Of a stretch of DNA of 64,000 nt, positions 38,106 to 51,262 are shown in pieces; the first letter of the stretch is position 1; every line of letters starts with the position of its first letter. The stretch lies in the NCBI GenBank assembly GCA_964016885.1, contig OZ024741.1, positions 41,788,001 to 41,852,000 of the forward strand, in the 5' to 3' direction. The translations under genes and the position numbers were made by a program. A model generated the notes under the pieces. The model was not told the DNA's origin. It worked only from the letters and a program-made list of their open reading frames with translations, and made no database searches. The stretch comes from Eledone cirrhosa. Taxonomy: Eukaryota.

Positions 38106-38759
38106 ATATAATTTCAACAGAAATTATTGTCAATGTTATTATACATTCATTATTCATATACTATGAGAGTAAATTTCCGAAATGAAAGCAGGTAATTATG
38201 AACAGCTCTGTGAATTATAGTGTTGAACAACTACTAAAGTAGATTAAATAATCCACAAAAGCAACCTCAAATTCTAAAGCAAATATATATAAAACCCAGC
38301 AGTGCAGTAAATGACATCCTCTTGTCAAATTTTATATTCTTTCTATATCTCTCAGAATTCATCTATTGTATTTATTTCTTAAGCTTCCAATCAAAGTTAT
38401 TTGATACCAAAACCATGATAATATTTGGCTAACCTTACACATCACTACAATAATAACAAGCATTTTAACACTTTAGTTACCATATTGCTAATCATTTTGA
38501 AAATTATCAGAAATGAGAAGGGATTTAGTGATGTAACTAACTTTCTAATTTTTAAGCTGGTGTTTGAAACCTGATTCAACAAACGTGCTTGCATGTAATT
38601 AGAATAAATATTTCAGAATAAATGGATTTGTATGATATAATCAAGAGCAGTTTAAGGTTATTTGTTACCAAAAGGGTTAAGAACCCTATTCTTAGAAGGC
38701 CCTATGGGAGGCTGTTTCTAATTAAACTGTAAAATTTGCATGCTGTCAGCTAGTTTAGT

Positions 38760-38996
38760 TTAACCCTCTTGATACTAAGCCACTTGAAACCATCCTTGGT
38801 TCTGTGAAACAAAACTATTTCAGAGTTTTTACTTTTGTCCCCCAAAATTCCATAATATATTTTATGTAAGAACCTTTGTTATGTTCCAAATACCAGCTTA
38901 ATAATGAACAAGTAGGTTATATCACTAGAGTCCTCTGAAAATAGTTTGGAAATCATAAGTAGACTTTCATTAGAAATATGATAATGAAAAGGTTAA
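38760..38996. mobile_element. piggyBac-like MITE, family B
   Basis: ttaa-ccctcttgatac ... gataatgaaaagg-ttaa; an oppositely oriented relative lies at about 38466-38680. Confidence 0.6.
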
Positions 38997-39047
38997 CGTG
39001 CCTGACAACTGAAGAAATTAGCACTATAAGCATGTTATATTCTAAGT

Positions 39048-39350
39048 AAGCTTAGTGGTATGAAAGTTAGGTTTACAATCGAGAGGTTGTAAGTTTGATT
39101 CTCGAACCAGGTGATGTGTTGTGTCTTTGACATTACTCCACATTACTCAGCTGTGGGAATGAGTTGCGACCTCACTGATGGCAAGCTGTATTGGACATTG
39201 CCTTTCCTTTGAACAACATCGGTGGCATGGAGAGGGGAGAGTGGTATGCATGGGCGATTGCTGGTTTTTCATAAACAACCTTGCCCGGAGTTGTGCCTCA
39301 AAGGGGAACTTTCTAGGTACAAATCCCATGGTCATTCTTAACTAAAGGGA
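39048..39350 (+). mobile_element. CORE-like SINE with a different 3' tail
   Basis: Head resembles family 2 (cttagtggt...ggttgtaagtttgattctc...gtgatgtgttgtg...tactcagctgt); the GC-richer tail is unrelated to the RTE tail. Confidence 0.6.
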
Positions 39351-39956
39351 GTCTTAAGCATACTACCAGCAGTTCACAGATATTACAATTGTTGAAGGTC
39401 AAATTTGTGTTATTTGAACTTTGAATTTCTGTGTTATAACATCTGACTTTATATGATTTTGGCTTTAAGAGGGTTAAAAATCATAAATATGTCTGGATTG
39501 GAAAAACAAAATAATGAACTCTTAAAAGATTACTTTCAATGTGCAAATATCATGGGTTATAGAAGTCTTCCAGCACCAACCACCATTCACACATCCAACC
39601 AAGAGACAGGTTTTGTTTTGTTGTCTATTTTTTATCATAGAATGATAATTAGTCCATTGTAGGAGTGTTAAGTCTTCTGATAGCAACATGCCTGAAACCA
39701 ACCTTACTTCTACAATACAAACTTGTTTATTTCAAAATGTTTATATTTATCTAGAAACTTTACATAGTAATTTTATATCAAAATCTTAGCCAAGTGAGGT
39801 GGAGTAGCTGATACAGTGGGTGTCACTGGCTGTTCACAGCCATGCCTTCACCATTTTGTCCATGGGGCACATCTGATATACACAACATAGATTGGAATGT
39901 GGAGTCAACAACACAGTATACAATCAACTCACCCAGTAATGCTGATACTCCTTAGA

Positions 39957-40152
39957 CCCTTTAGCATTTAAACCAGTGGTGTCCGGCCAGAATTCTTTCC
40001 CCTTTTTGAAACAGCAGCTCATACTGATGTTAAGGTATTGTTCTTAAAATAAACAATAACATCATCAAACTCTCGTAGACTCGAGTGAGGTAAAGCCTTT
40101 ACCATGAATATACAAAAGTAAATATAGAGTAATGAAAATGCTAAAGGGGTAA
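39957..40152 (+). mobile_element. piggyBac-type MITE, family A (degenerate TSDs)
   Basis: ccctttagcatttaa ... aatgctaaagggg. Confidence 0.75.
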
Positions 40153-40774
40153 AGAATTACTAATAAATTGTCAAGACATAGGCATGGTTTTGCATTTGAT
40201 ATTGGTTGTGAGTTCGATTCCTTGTGGCGCGTTGTTTCCTTAACCACAAAGCTACGTGTCTTCACACTTTGATATGCAAAGAACTACCAGACCTTACTTA
40301 AAAAAACAAAAAACAGGGTGATGCCAGGAATTCTTGTTCACTTTATGCCAGCAGGGAAAAAAGAGGACATGGTGATGATGGTGATGGTGGTGATGGCGAT
40401 GATGATGATACAAGGAATTATCGTCCAACCTATACCAGCAGGGACAAAGAGGACATAATAATGATGATGGTGGTGATAGTGATGAGGAGAATAATGATGA
40501 AATCTGACACAAATGTTAAGAGTAAATTAGAATTAGAAAAGGGGGAGGGGTAGACTATATACAAAGAATATCATTAATTTTCTAATATCAATGAATTTTA
40601 TTTGAAGGGGTTCTTTTTCATTAATTTATTTGTTATATTATCATCTTTAAATATTATAGCAAAATTAATTTGGAATTCTGTGATAACATCTAATAAATAT
40701 CATGGAAGATGTTGATAGAAGATGCTAAGTAAATGGATAGGAATTGGTAAGACAGAGCTAAGACATATATATAC

Positions 40775-41290
40775 AATAGAGAGTAAGAGAGAGAGAGAGA
40801 GAGAGAAAGTAAGAGAGAGAGAGGGGAGGAGGTAGATAGAGAGGGTGAGAGAGAAAGGGAAAGAGAGAGAGAGAAAGGGAAAGAGAGAGAGAAGGGGAAA
40901 GAGAGAGAGTGAGAGGGTGGGGCGAGTGAGAGGGTGGGGCGAGTGAGAGGAAGGAAGAGAGTGAGAAGAAGGAAGAGAGTGAGAGGAAGGAAGAGAGTGA
41001 GAAGAAGGAAGAGAGTGAGAGGAAGGAAGAGAGTGAGAAGGAAGAGAGTGAGAGGAAGGAAGAGAGAGGAAGAGAGTGAGAGGAAGAGAGTGAGAGGAAG
41101 AGAGTGAGAGGAAGAGAGAGAGGAAGAGAGTGAGAGGAAGAGTGAGAGGAAGAGTGAGAGGAAGAGTGAGAGGAAGAGTGAGAGGAAGAGTGAGAGGATG
41201 GGCAGTGAGAGGAAGAGTGAGAGGATGGGAAGTGAGAGGATGGGAAGTGAGAGGAAGAGTGAGAGGATGGGAAGTGAGATGAGGGGAGAG
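40775..41290. repeat. GA-rich satellite (gaggaagagagtga-type units)
   Basis: Visible directly. Confidence 0.9.
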
Positions 41291-41783
41291 AGTGTGGATA
41301 TGTGTGTACATATATAAATATGTTTATAAAAATACTGATAGATAAAAGACTGGACCAATAAATGCACACACAAACATGCACACACACACAAACAAACATG
41401 TACACACACACAAACATGCACACACAGTCATTCACACACACAAACACACATACATAAACATGCACACAGTCATTCACAGACTCACACACACAGATTGATA
41501 TAGGGAAACACCACACTCAGTGACAGTGGGTGGCTATACATGATAGAATATATAAACATTGTTGACTAGTGAAGGTAATTTATTAAAATAATTTCCCAAG
41601 TGTAATTTCATAGAGAATATAATAGCAGAGAACATCAGTTTTAAATTGAATTTATTTAAAAATAACATTCTGACAGGCAAACAGATAGATATAGATTGAT
41701 ATATAGGTAGACAGATAGATATAGACTGATATATAGGGAGAGAGATAGATAGGTAGACAGATATGTAGGTAGAGAGATAGATA

Positions 41784-42772
41784 TCTTTCTTTATTTGCCA
41801 CAGGGGCGTACAAAAATGGGACATTACAAGACGTGACGGCGGGGGTTTTACATAAAAATAACTTTAACATTAATAAATAACAATAAACTATATATAATAA
41901 AATAACAATTGAAATCCCCAATAGGGGGGAACGTTACTGCAGGGTTGTTTTACACCCCGTGGATAGAACAACCCTCAACACCAGGAACACGTTTTGTAGG
42001 TGTTCCCGTCTTCCCTCTGTTTATCTTCCTCAACCTACAGGTTTATATACAGAGAAGGGCCATTCACTCGGGCCATTTTCTCCACATTCACCCACCTTTC
42101 AGCGAATTTACTGGGGTGTAGCACCTCTCTCTCCACTCTCACCTTCCTTCTGAAATGATACTTAAAGAAGGGGAGAAGTTGTTGTCCGGAGAGAAAGGTG
42201 TTTGACCTCAGTCCTTTTAACCTCGTCCACCATATTACCTCTTTCGCCATAGCCACCAGACAGAGGAACACCGCCTCTCCTTCGTTCTTAAATGAAGGCG
42301 GCGTGGTGATCCTCACGATGGTCTCGGCTGACAACTGGATGCGTCCCACACGTGACAGCAGCTGTTCGACATAATTCCACAGGTCGGTCACCCCTGGACA
42401 CGGAACAATTGCGTGCAGATTGGTTTCAATGTCCTGCTCGCATCTTGAACAGGTCCTTTTGGCAGGATCTCTGCCAGGGCGTCCGTGCCTGTAGATTTTG
42501 TCTCAAACTGATAGAGCTCCTCGGTAGCACTGCGAGGCCAGAGACCTCTGGAAGTTATCCATAGAGCCTGTTACTTCCAGAGGAACTTGAAGAGTAGGCG
42601 TTCCATTTTGGTAAGGTATTCACGGGGGCAAGGCATGACTGTCAAGTGGTAGTAGATGACGGACGCTATGTTAGTGTTTGCCACCTCCGCTTGACCTTTA
42701 AAAGAGAGTTTGCACTCAGCCTACTTCTGGGTGAGTGCAAGCACCTTTGCCATGGCCTCACTCCAGTTCTAG
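41784..42772 (-). mobile_element. Tx1/L1-clade LINE 3' fragment with internal deletion
   Basis: Manual translation: SFKGQAEVAN...LTVMPCP...MERLLFKFLW, jumping to DNFQRSLA...CSRCEQDIETNLHAIVPC (C-x2-C-x8-H-x4-C knuckle), then the 118-aa C-terminal ORF. Ends aataaagaaaga; flanked by GATA/GACA repeats. Confidence 0.8.
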
Positions 42773-42798
42773 AGATAGATAGGTAGACAGATAGGTAG

Positions 42799-44428
42799 TT
42801 AGCTTTTGTTGACTTGGAGAAAGCCTTCGACAGAGTCCTCCGTTCCATTATCTGGTGGGCTCTTAGAAAACTAGGTGTTGACGAATGGCTTGTGAGAGCT
42901 ATACAAGCCATTGTATAAAGAAACAGTCAGCAAGGTTAGAATTAACAACGAATATAGTGAAGAGTTTAGTGTAAAAGTTGGTGTTCATCAGGGCTCTGTT
43001 CTTAGCCCCCTACTATTTATTATTGCCCTTCAGGCTATAACAGTGGAGTTCAAGACCGGCTGCCCATGGGAACTCCTATACGCAGATGATCTAACGCTCA
43101 TAGCTGAATCAATGGCCGAGCTAGAGAAGAAATTCCAAACATGGAAGCACGGCCTAGAATCAAAAGGCCTTAAAATTAACCTGCCTAAGACTAAAGTTCT
43201 AGTTTGTAGGAAAGAAAATAAGGCGACAGTCCCTTCCGGGAAATGGCCATGCTCAGTGTGTAGGAAAGGCGTAGGTAGAAACTCCATTTTATGTCCCAAA
43301 TGCAAAGTATGGGTGCATAAAAGATGTAGTGGGATCACAGGTAAGCTAACTAAGAACATAGATTTTACATGTGGCCGGTGCTCTGGTGCAATAAGTAGCA
43401 GCAAGTGCCCACAAAATACTAGCTCTTTCAATTGCGCAGAGGGTTCTATAGAAATAGTGGACAGCTTCCGTTACCTGGGTGACAAAATCAGCAGTGGAGG
43501 AGGGTGCTCTGAAAGTACAGTAGCTAGAGTCAGAACTGGATGGAAAAAGTTCAGAGAGCTTATACCACTATTAGCCACTAAAGGGTTCTCCCTAAAAATG
43601 AAAGGCAGGTTGAATGATGCCTGCATACGAACAGCAATGTTGCATGGCAGTGAGACCTGGGCATTGTGTGCAGAGGATATACGCAGACTAGAGAGAAACG
43701 AAGCTTGCATGCTCCGCTGGATGTGTAATAGTAATATACGTGAACGGCGAAGCATAAGCGAACTAAAGAAAAAATTAGAAATAAGAGGGATCAGATGTTG
43801 TTTACTCGAGAGAAGGCTACGTTGGTATGGTCACGTGATGCGCATGAAGGACGATAGCTGTATAACAAAGTGCAGGGAAATAAAGATAGACGGTAGCTAC
43901 GGAGTAGGCAGACCCAGAAAAACCTGGGACGAGCTGATAAATTCCGACCTCACACACTTACACCTCTCCAAGACAATGTCACTGGACCGAGACCTTTGGC
44001 GGTACTCAGTAATAGAGAAGACCCGCCTTACCTAAATACATAGTAAAACCTACTACAGCCAGTAGGCATCTCTAACAAAATACACCCCCGTCCCACCACC
44101 CCCACCCCATCCACACCACCCCTTTCAATGTAAAGTTGTGTTGGTGCCGCGCCATCCAGGCCGAAACAAATGAGATCGTGTAGGTGTCACGTCAAAAAAC
44201 ACACAGTCCACGCTGTAATGTGGCCGTGTAGGCAACACGGTAAAAACCTCCCAGCCCCACACTGTAAATGTGGTTCGTGTTAGGAAGGGCATCCAGCTGT
44301 AGAAAACCCGCCAGACAGTCCTATGCGAGCAAGACAATCACTCTTGCCTCAAGTGGGACTACCCCCGTCCAAACCCATGCAAGCGTGGAACACGGACGTT
44401 AAACGTTGATGATGATGATGATGATGAA
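42799..44428 (+). mobile_element. 5'-truncated young RTE LINE (RT to 3' tail)
   Basis: AFVDLEKAFDRV, then after a frameshift a 374-aa ORF with GVHQGS, YADD, C4HC3 finger and GRPRKTW; full 3' UTR and (GAT)n tail. Confidence 0.95.
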
Positions 44429-44757
44429 GACAGCAGTTGTTCTGCGTAGTTCCACAGATCAGTTACGCCCGGGCAGTGTACAATTGCGTGCAAGATGGTT
44501 TCAATGTCTTGCTCGTATCTTGGACACGTCCTCTTGGAAGGATCCCTGCCAGGGCGTCCATGCCTGTAGATCTTGTCTCGAACTGGTAGAGCTCCTCGGT
44601 AGCACTGCCAGGCCAGGGACCTCTGGAAGTTGTCTATAGGTTCCGGGTGGAAAGTCCTACCAATCAGACTGGTGAGTTTGTTGTCATCGACGCCCAGAGT
44701 CTCTCAGAGCATGTCGTTGCCCTTGTGACTTACTAACCCTCTATAGTATGTCGAAGT
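44429..44757 (-). mobile_element. Second, diverged Tx1/L1-clade fragment
   Basis: Aligns with 42355-42565 (zinc-knuckle region); followed by GATA/GACA repeats. Confidence 0.8.
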
Positions 44758-45104
44758 GGAGAGAGAGAAAGATAGGTAGGTAGACAGAGAGGTAGATAGA
44801 TAGATATATAGGCAGACAGATAGATAGGTATAGAGAGAGAGAGAGATATAGGTAGGTAGACAGACAGACAGATGTAGAGAGAGAGAGCTTGTTACAGACA
44901 GAAATAGATAGATATAGATAGACAAATGAAGATAGAGAGAGAAAGAGAGAGAGATAGATACAAAGTGAGAGAGAAACAAACAGAGACAGGGAGAGAGACT
45001 ATGTACTTGCCACTGTATATAATGCTTAGAAACGGAGATAGTTATATGAATTAGATATCATCATCGCTTAATGTCCACCTTATATAGATGAATGTATGTA
45101 TAGG

Positions 45105-45545
45105 CTTCAGCATTCAGAAGAAGGGAAAGTAGGTGTAAAAACCAAACTTGCTATCTTCAATTCGGTATCCGTACCAACCCTTACCTATGGTTATGAATAT
45201 TGGGTAATGACCAAAGGGTCTCTGGAGTAATGTTACTTGATTGCGTGCATAGTTCAGAGATCAAAGGGTCACTCCAGGTAGAGCCACTACTTCTCCAAAT
45301 TGAGAGATCACAGCCTCGATACTATGAGCATGTGGTTAGAATGTCTTAGTAAAGAATCGCTGGACAGCTTTTAGGGGAAAAAGCAACTGGCAGGAGACCA
45401 AGGGGTAGACCCCGAGCAATATAGTTGGATAGCATCCATGAACTTGGTTAGTCTAACTTGGAGACGGTTGCTTCTGACAGGACCCACTGGAAGGAGTGTT
45501 TGAGGACTCTGCCCCCACGACCCTCTCAGAAATAAGTGGGCAAAG
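45105..45545 (+). mobile_element. Old RTE-clade LINE, second family, 3' fragment
   Basis: Encodes IFNSVSVPTLTYGYEYWVMT and RRPRGRPR; relatives at 34625 and 49270-49790. Confidence 0.75.
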
Positions 45546-46655
45546 ACATAGCTATGTGGTTAAAAGGTTAGCATTGCAACCATGTCATCTTGGGTTCAAT
45601 CTTATTGCAGTGTTGCATCTTGGGCAAAAATTAAAAATGTCCATCCAAACAAGAATGACTGAGTGGTTAAGGAACCTACTCTACAACTACTTATTTTTCA
45701 GTCCCTTGGGCAGGTGTATTCTACTTTAGACTTAAGTTGACTAATACTTTGTCAATTAAATTTGGTAGAAGAAAAACGTGTGGAAACCTAGTACCTGTAT
45801 GTGTGTGCATGATGTGTGAATACGTGTGTGTGCGCATGCACCCTGTGTTTATATTTACTGTTGTTTATGTACCGTAACTTAATGGTTTGACAAACAAAAA
45901 AAAAGAAAAACTATCAAGTAAATAAGTACCAGTCTTGGAAAAATAAGTACTGGTGTTGATATGATCAACTAAATCCCTTGAAGCTGGTGTCAAAGCATGA
46001 TTGCAGTATAATGACTAAAATAATATAACAATAAATACTTAAACAGCAAGGTTTCAGCTGGACTTCAGTTGATTTCTATAGTGGAATATGTAACAAACCA
46101 GCCAGAACTTAATGGCAATGCTCTAAAAGCTTGTAAAAGACTTAATAGGTGCAGAGATGAATAGTGTGGAGATAAATAAACCATAAATTAGAGACATGAG
46201 GGGGTAGAGAGGGAGACATAGAGACAAACATAGAGAGAGAGAAAGAGGGATAAAGAGCGAAATATATATACACATTACATTTATAGATAGATATACATAT
46301 ATATATGTCCGGGGGGGGGGGGGGGGGGAGGAGGAGTCTAGTACTCTCAGTCGCCATGAAACCGCGATAAGCACTGGCCAAATGATCCTTCTGGCTTAAG
46401 ACAGACTTTAGACTTACGGCCTGCCCGCCCAGCCAGTGGGATGGTGTCATCATATGGCTAAAACAGCACGTGCTGTGACCAGCGGCACCGAAAGGCACCC
46501 GACAGACTGGTCGGTCAAGGTGATGAAGGTGATATATATATATATATACACACACACACAACATATTTATATACATATATATATATACACACACACACAC
46601 AACATTTATATACATATATATATATACACACACATTTATAGATAGCTGTACTGAG

Positions 46656-46687
<32 letters not shown>

Positions 46688-47519
46688 GCATACACACACA
46701 CATATTTATAGATAGCTGTACTGAGATATATATTTATACATACACAACATATATATATATATATTTAGAGAGTCATTTTTTTGTATTCCTGAGTTGGTTT
46801 TGATTCCTTTATTAACTATATATATATATACACACACGCATACACAGAGGGACAGAGTGAGAGGGCAGAGTTACCGAAATGTAGAGAGAGAGTGGGAGGA
46901 GAGAAATTACAATTAATGCCCATCAGTAGAAAGGAAGAAATGAAGGAAGAGAGTGCGTTATCTCTGAATATAATCATCATTCCTGCATCAGACTAATTAC
47001 ATTCACCAAAAACTATATTCAGTGTGGCATGAGTGAATGAATATGTTTTATCTGCAACAATGAATTCTCCTTCTATAAGCTACAGCACAGCATGTGTTTA
47101 ATGTAATCAGGAAAAAGGGTGCAAGGAATAAATAATAAATAAATCTATCACAAGAATGCAACTAACTGTGTTACTAATAAATGACAAAGCCATAATAAAA
47201 ACCAATAAATGGCAGCTCTTTAAAAGACAATTTTTCTGTAGCACTTTTCACATCAATGTGGTTAACTAGTAACCAGCTTGCCTTTCCTTTCTTTGTTTCT
47301 TTTAGCAGCCAACAAACCAATAAGTTTAGTATAAGACAAAGAAGAGAAAGGAAGAAAAATAATGGTAGACTATAAATTTCCACCTTTTTTGACATGACAT
47401 TTGTAGTTTTTTTTATACAAGTGTAGGTTTGTATAGGTCAAGTAGGAAAGTAGCTCTGATTAAGTACTGACATGGTCTGTAAAGACCCATCCAAACCATG
47501 CCATCTTGGAAAATAGATG

Positions 47520-47755
47520 GATGGTGATGGTGTGATTGTGGGAGGAGGTAGTTGTGGTGGTGGTGGTGCTGCTGATGAAATTGATGGTGATTGTGGTGGT
47601 GATGGTGGTGGTGGTGATGATAGTGGTGGGGGTGATGGTAGTGATGATGATGGTGATGGTAATGGTGGTGGTGATGATAATGATGGTGGTGATGATGATG
47701 GATATGGTGATGATGGAGATGGTGATGATGAAGTTGGTGATGGTAATGATGGTCT
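47520..47755. repeat. (GAT/GGT)n microsatellite
   Basis: Visible directly; follows an RTE-type tail remnant. Confidence 0.9.
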
Positions 47756-47917
47756 TCAATGAGGTTTAAAACAATCAATGCAAAGAATCATTGAAAAATC
47801 AAAGAAGGAAATTTGAGAGAAAATTCTAAGCTGGTTTAAACTGGTCAATGATTCAAGAATCAGACAACAAGCTATGTTGCTCTGACAAGTAAAAAAAATA
47901 ATAGTAATTAAATAAGT

Positions 47918-48130
47918 TTAACCTTTTAGCATTTAAACCAGCCATATCTGGCCAGAACTCTCTCACCTCTTTCTGTTCAAACCAGCTGTATCCTGCCACT
48001 CATACTGACGTTAAGGTATTGTTCTCAATATATAACATCAAAATCTTATAGATCGATATTATGTGAGATAAATCCTTTACCAGAAAAATACAATAGTTTA
48101 TATAGAGTAATGTAATTTCTAAAGGGTTAA
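47918..48130 (+). mobile_element. piggyBac-type MITE, family A
   Basis: TTAA/TIR at both ends. Confidence 0.85.
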
Positions 48131-49267
48131 ATGTGTGAAAATTAAAATTATCCAGTATTATTAATGATAGTAACAGAAGAGTTATCTCTGGATGTTGGAA
48201 ATTTGAGTAAATAGCCATAAAGGATTAGATGTTTGTTGCTACAAAAGAAACATAAGAAAAAACATATGCTGCCCAAGAAAAACCTAAGACAAGAAAATAA
48301 TTTTACTTGCATAAAGAAGCACTGTAAGGGATACGGAAAATCCATGAACAGACACCAAGGCACAAAACTACTGGCAAGAAGGTGAAATAAAAATTTTTCA
48401 ACTAACACTAAGTATTCAATACAAGATTAGAAGACTGACTAAGATAAGATAAATTTTCTGTGAGCAATAACATTTTTTTTATAGAACAAATGACTTAAGA
48501 GGAAAAAATTTGGAAAGATTTATAAGTTGACTCTATTGACAGGCTAAAGTTGTTAAAAAATAAATAATGACATGTTCAAAGAAAGAAAGGAAAATAATCT
48601 ATAAAGAAAACAGAACCAGCAGATGCATACATGTCTGCATTCACATGCATAGAAACATACATGTACAATAAAGAAAATTACGCAGAGAGATACTCAAACA
48701 TAATGCAGTGGTTTCGATTCCTGGACAGGAAGCCATATAGTGTTCTTGATGAAAAAAAACTTCATTCCACATAGTTCCAATCAACTCTACTTAAAAGGAA
48801 TAGAAGCAGAAGCTGGATAGGCTTCCTATCCATGAGGAAGTATTTATTCTCAGTCTCTTAATGCAGCTAAACCAGAATAACCAGTGACCTGATAAGTCAG
48901 ACTAACATCTTTAACAATGAAAGAAAATATTCTATAAAGGACACAAACAATCTAACAGATGTAAATGAATGTATATACACAGGCATGTACTCTAAAGAAA
49001 AAATATTACACAGAGAGATACACAAAATTTAAAGTATTTAATACCAATAAATGTCATCTATAACCGATTCTGAGTTTCAAATAGCTGACAAAGATCTCAA
49101 AAGAAATATTGAGAAATTTCATTGAAAATAGTTTTAGAAAAGAAGTTAATCCATCACAGAAGGTAATTCTTGACAACAAATTATATTAGAGGCAACAACC
49201 ATTAGAATCATTTATTAAATACAACTCTACAATTGAATTGCTACAGGAAATAAATAAAAACACGTTT

Positions 49268-49793
49268 ACATCTTCTTTGCCTACACATTCCCGAGAGGGT
49301 CATGGGAGCTGAGTCCTCAAACACTCCTTCCTGTCAGAAGCAACTGTCTCCAACTGATCCAGCTGGATCCCCAAGCAAGACCAGCCAAGCTCATGGATGT
49401 TATCCAACCATCTTGCTCGAGGTCTCCTGGTTGGTTTTCCCCATAAAATATGTCCAACAATTCTTTCCTAAGACATTCTACCCATATGCCCATAGTATTA
49501 GAGCTGTGATCTCTCAATTCAGAGAATGAGCTGGTGCACTAATGTGCCAGCTTTCGCATTCGGTAATCAGAAGGGTGGTCAGTGTAAAATCCAAATTCAC
49601 TATCTTCAATTCAGTATTTGTGCCAACCCTTAGCTACGGTCATGAATCTTCGGTAATGATCAAAATAATACGATTGCAAATACAAATACAAGCAGCCAAA
49701 ATGAGTTCCTCTGATGGGTCTTTTAAGAATAACATAACTCGATAGAGTGCATAGCTTGGAAATCAGATTGTCTCTCCAAGTAGAGACGCTACA
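49268..49793 (-). mobile_element. RTE second-family copy with inverted 5' segment
   Basis: 49268-49527 matches the 3' part of 45105-45545 on the minus strand; about 49553-49793 matches its 5' part on the plus strand. Confidence 0.75.
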
Positions 49794-50949
49794 TTTACAT
49801 CTACAAATAAAAAATATAAACATTTTGTAGTGCGAGGACTAAAGGCATGAGGGGTTCAGGATTGTAAGACAGCGTGTCATGGAAAAGTATGATGTTGATG
49901 GAGAGAAGTGTGTCCAAGATGATAATGGCATACTTGCACCCAGTATACACTGTAAATGTGGTTGGCATTAGGGAGGGCATCCAGCCATAGAGATCAAGCC
50001 AAAATCAGTTTCGACAATATTATGTTGGTCTTTCTCTTGAACAACACTGGAGGCTTGAAGAAGAAAAGCTGGCATGCGTGGAAGATTGTTGAGCTTCCTC
50101 AAAACACCTTGCCCAGGCCTACACCTTGGAGAGAACCATTCCATATGCAACCCAATGGTCTGTCATATATATATGTGTGTCTTTCTCTATATATATGTGT
50201 ATATGTATGTCTAAACACATACACACAAGTATTCTGGTAAATCAAGAATGGAAAAAAAAAGAGTGAAAGAAATAGAAATGCTTGATATAAAAGTAATTTT
50301 TAAAAAATTAATAAATAGAAAACTAGGAGACAAAACTTGAACGAAATGTCATCATTTCACCTATTATAAAAACTTCAAAAAGTTAATTGCAATATAAAAA
50401 TATTTCATTACTATTTTTATATATGGTATTATTATTATTACTTCTATATCCTTATTACTATGGCTACTATCATTATTATTATTACTAAATCACATTAGTA
50501 TTATGTTTTTTTTCTACTAGCAGAAATAACAGAAGTAAAATTGCTATCATTAATAAGTCAACAAATTTTATTACAATTCATAATTTTTTTTATTTATTTA
50601 TTTGAACAACAAAAATTCTCTTCTTTCAATCTCATTTAAATAAAAGAAAGAAATAATTGAAAAAAAAATTGACTTCAAATAATTTATGGTTTACTGTTAT
50701 TCCACATTATAAAAACTTAATGGCTTAATGAAAATGAGTATCAAATGAAGAATCCAAGAATATGTGGAGATTACCAATAGGTGGAATTACATCAGACACA
50801 CATCTATACATACACATTTGCATATATATATACACACACACAAACATATGCAAGCACACACACAAACAGACACAAATATATATACATATATACACAAACA
50901 TATGCAAGCACACACAGACATATATATATACATATATATATATACACAA

Positions 50950-50992
<43 letters not shown>

Positions 50993-51054
50993 CACACATG
51001 TATATATATTCTTTCCTATTTATTTTTTAATAATAATATATAAGAAACAAGAGT

Positions 51055-51262
51055 TACTTGAAGAGAAATTGTGAGTGAGAAGATTTAAACTGAAATATGT
51101 CTACGACAGTGAAGAAGAGAAAACTGAGGTGATAATGCTGTGGCATGATCAGCTGGACTATCTAGGACAATTCTCCAAGGAACAGTGCAGGGGAGGAGAT
51201 AGCAGTGCAGACAGAGGAAGTTGCGGATTAACAACATAGCTGAGTGGACAAATCGGTGACCT
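51055..51262 (+). mobile_element. Old RTE/BovB-like 3' fragment
   Basis: Encodes RRRKLR...GLSRTILQGTVQGRR...NNIAEWT. Confidence 0.65.

Noticed and set aside
40690-41516. ORFs of 203-252 aa with SSH/LPLT repeats
   Set aside because: Translations of a GA-rich satellite and CA repeats.
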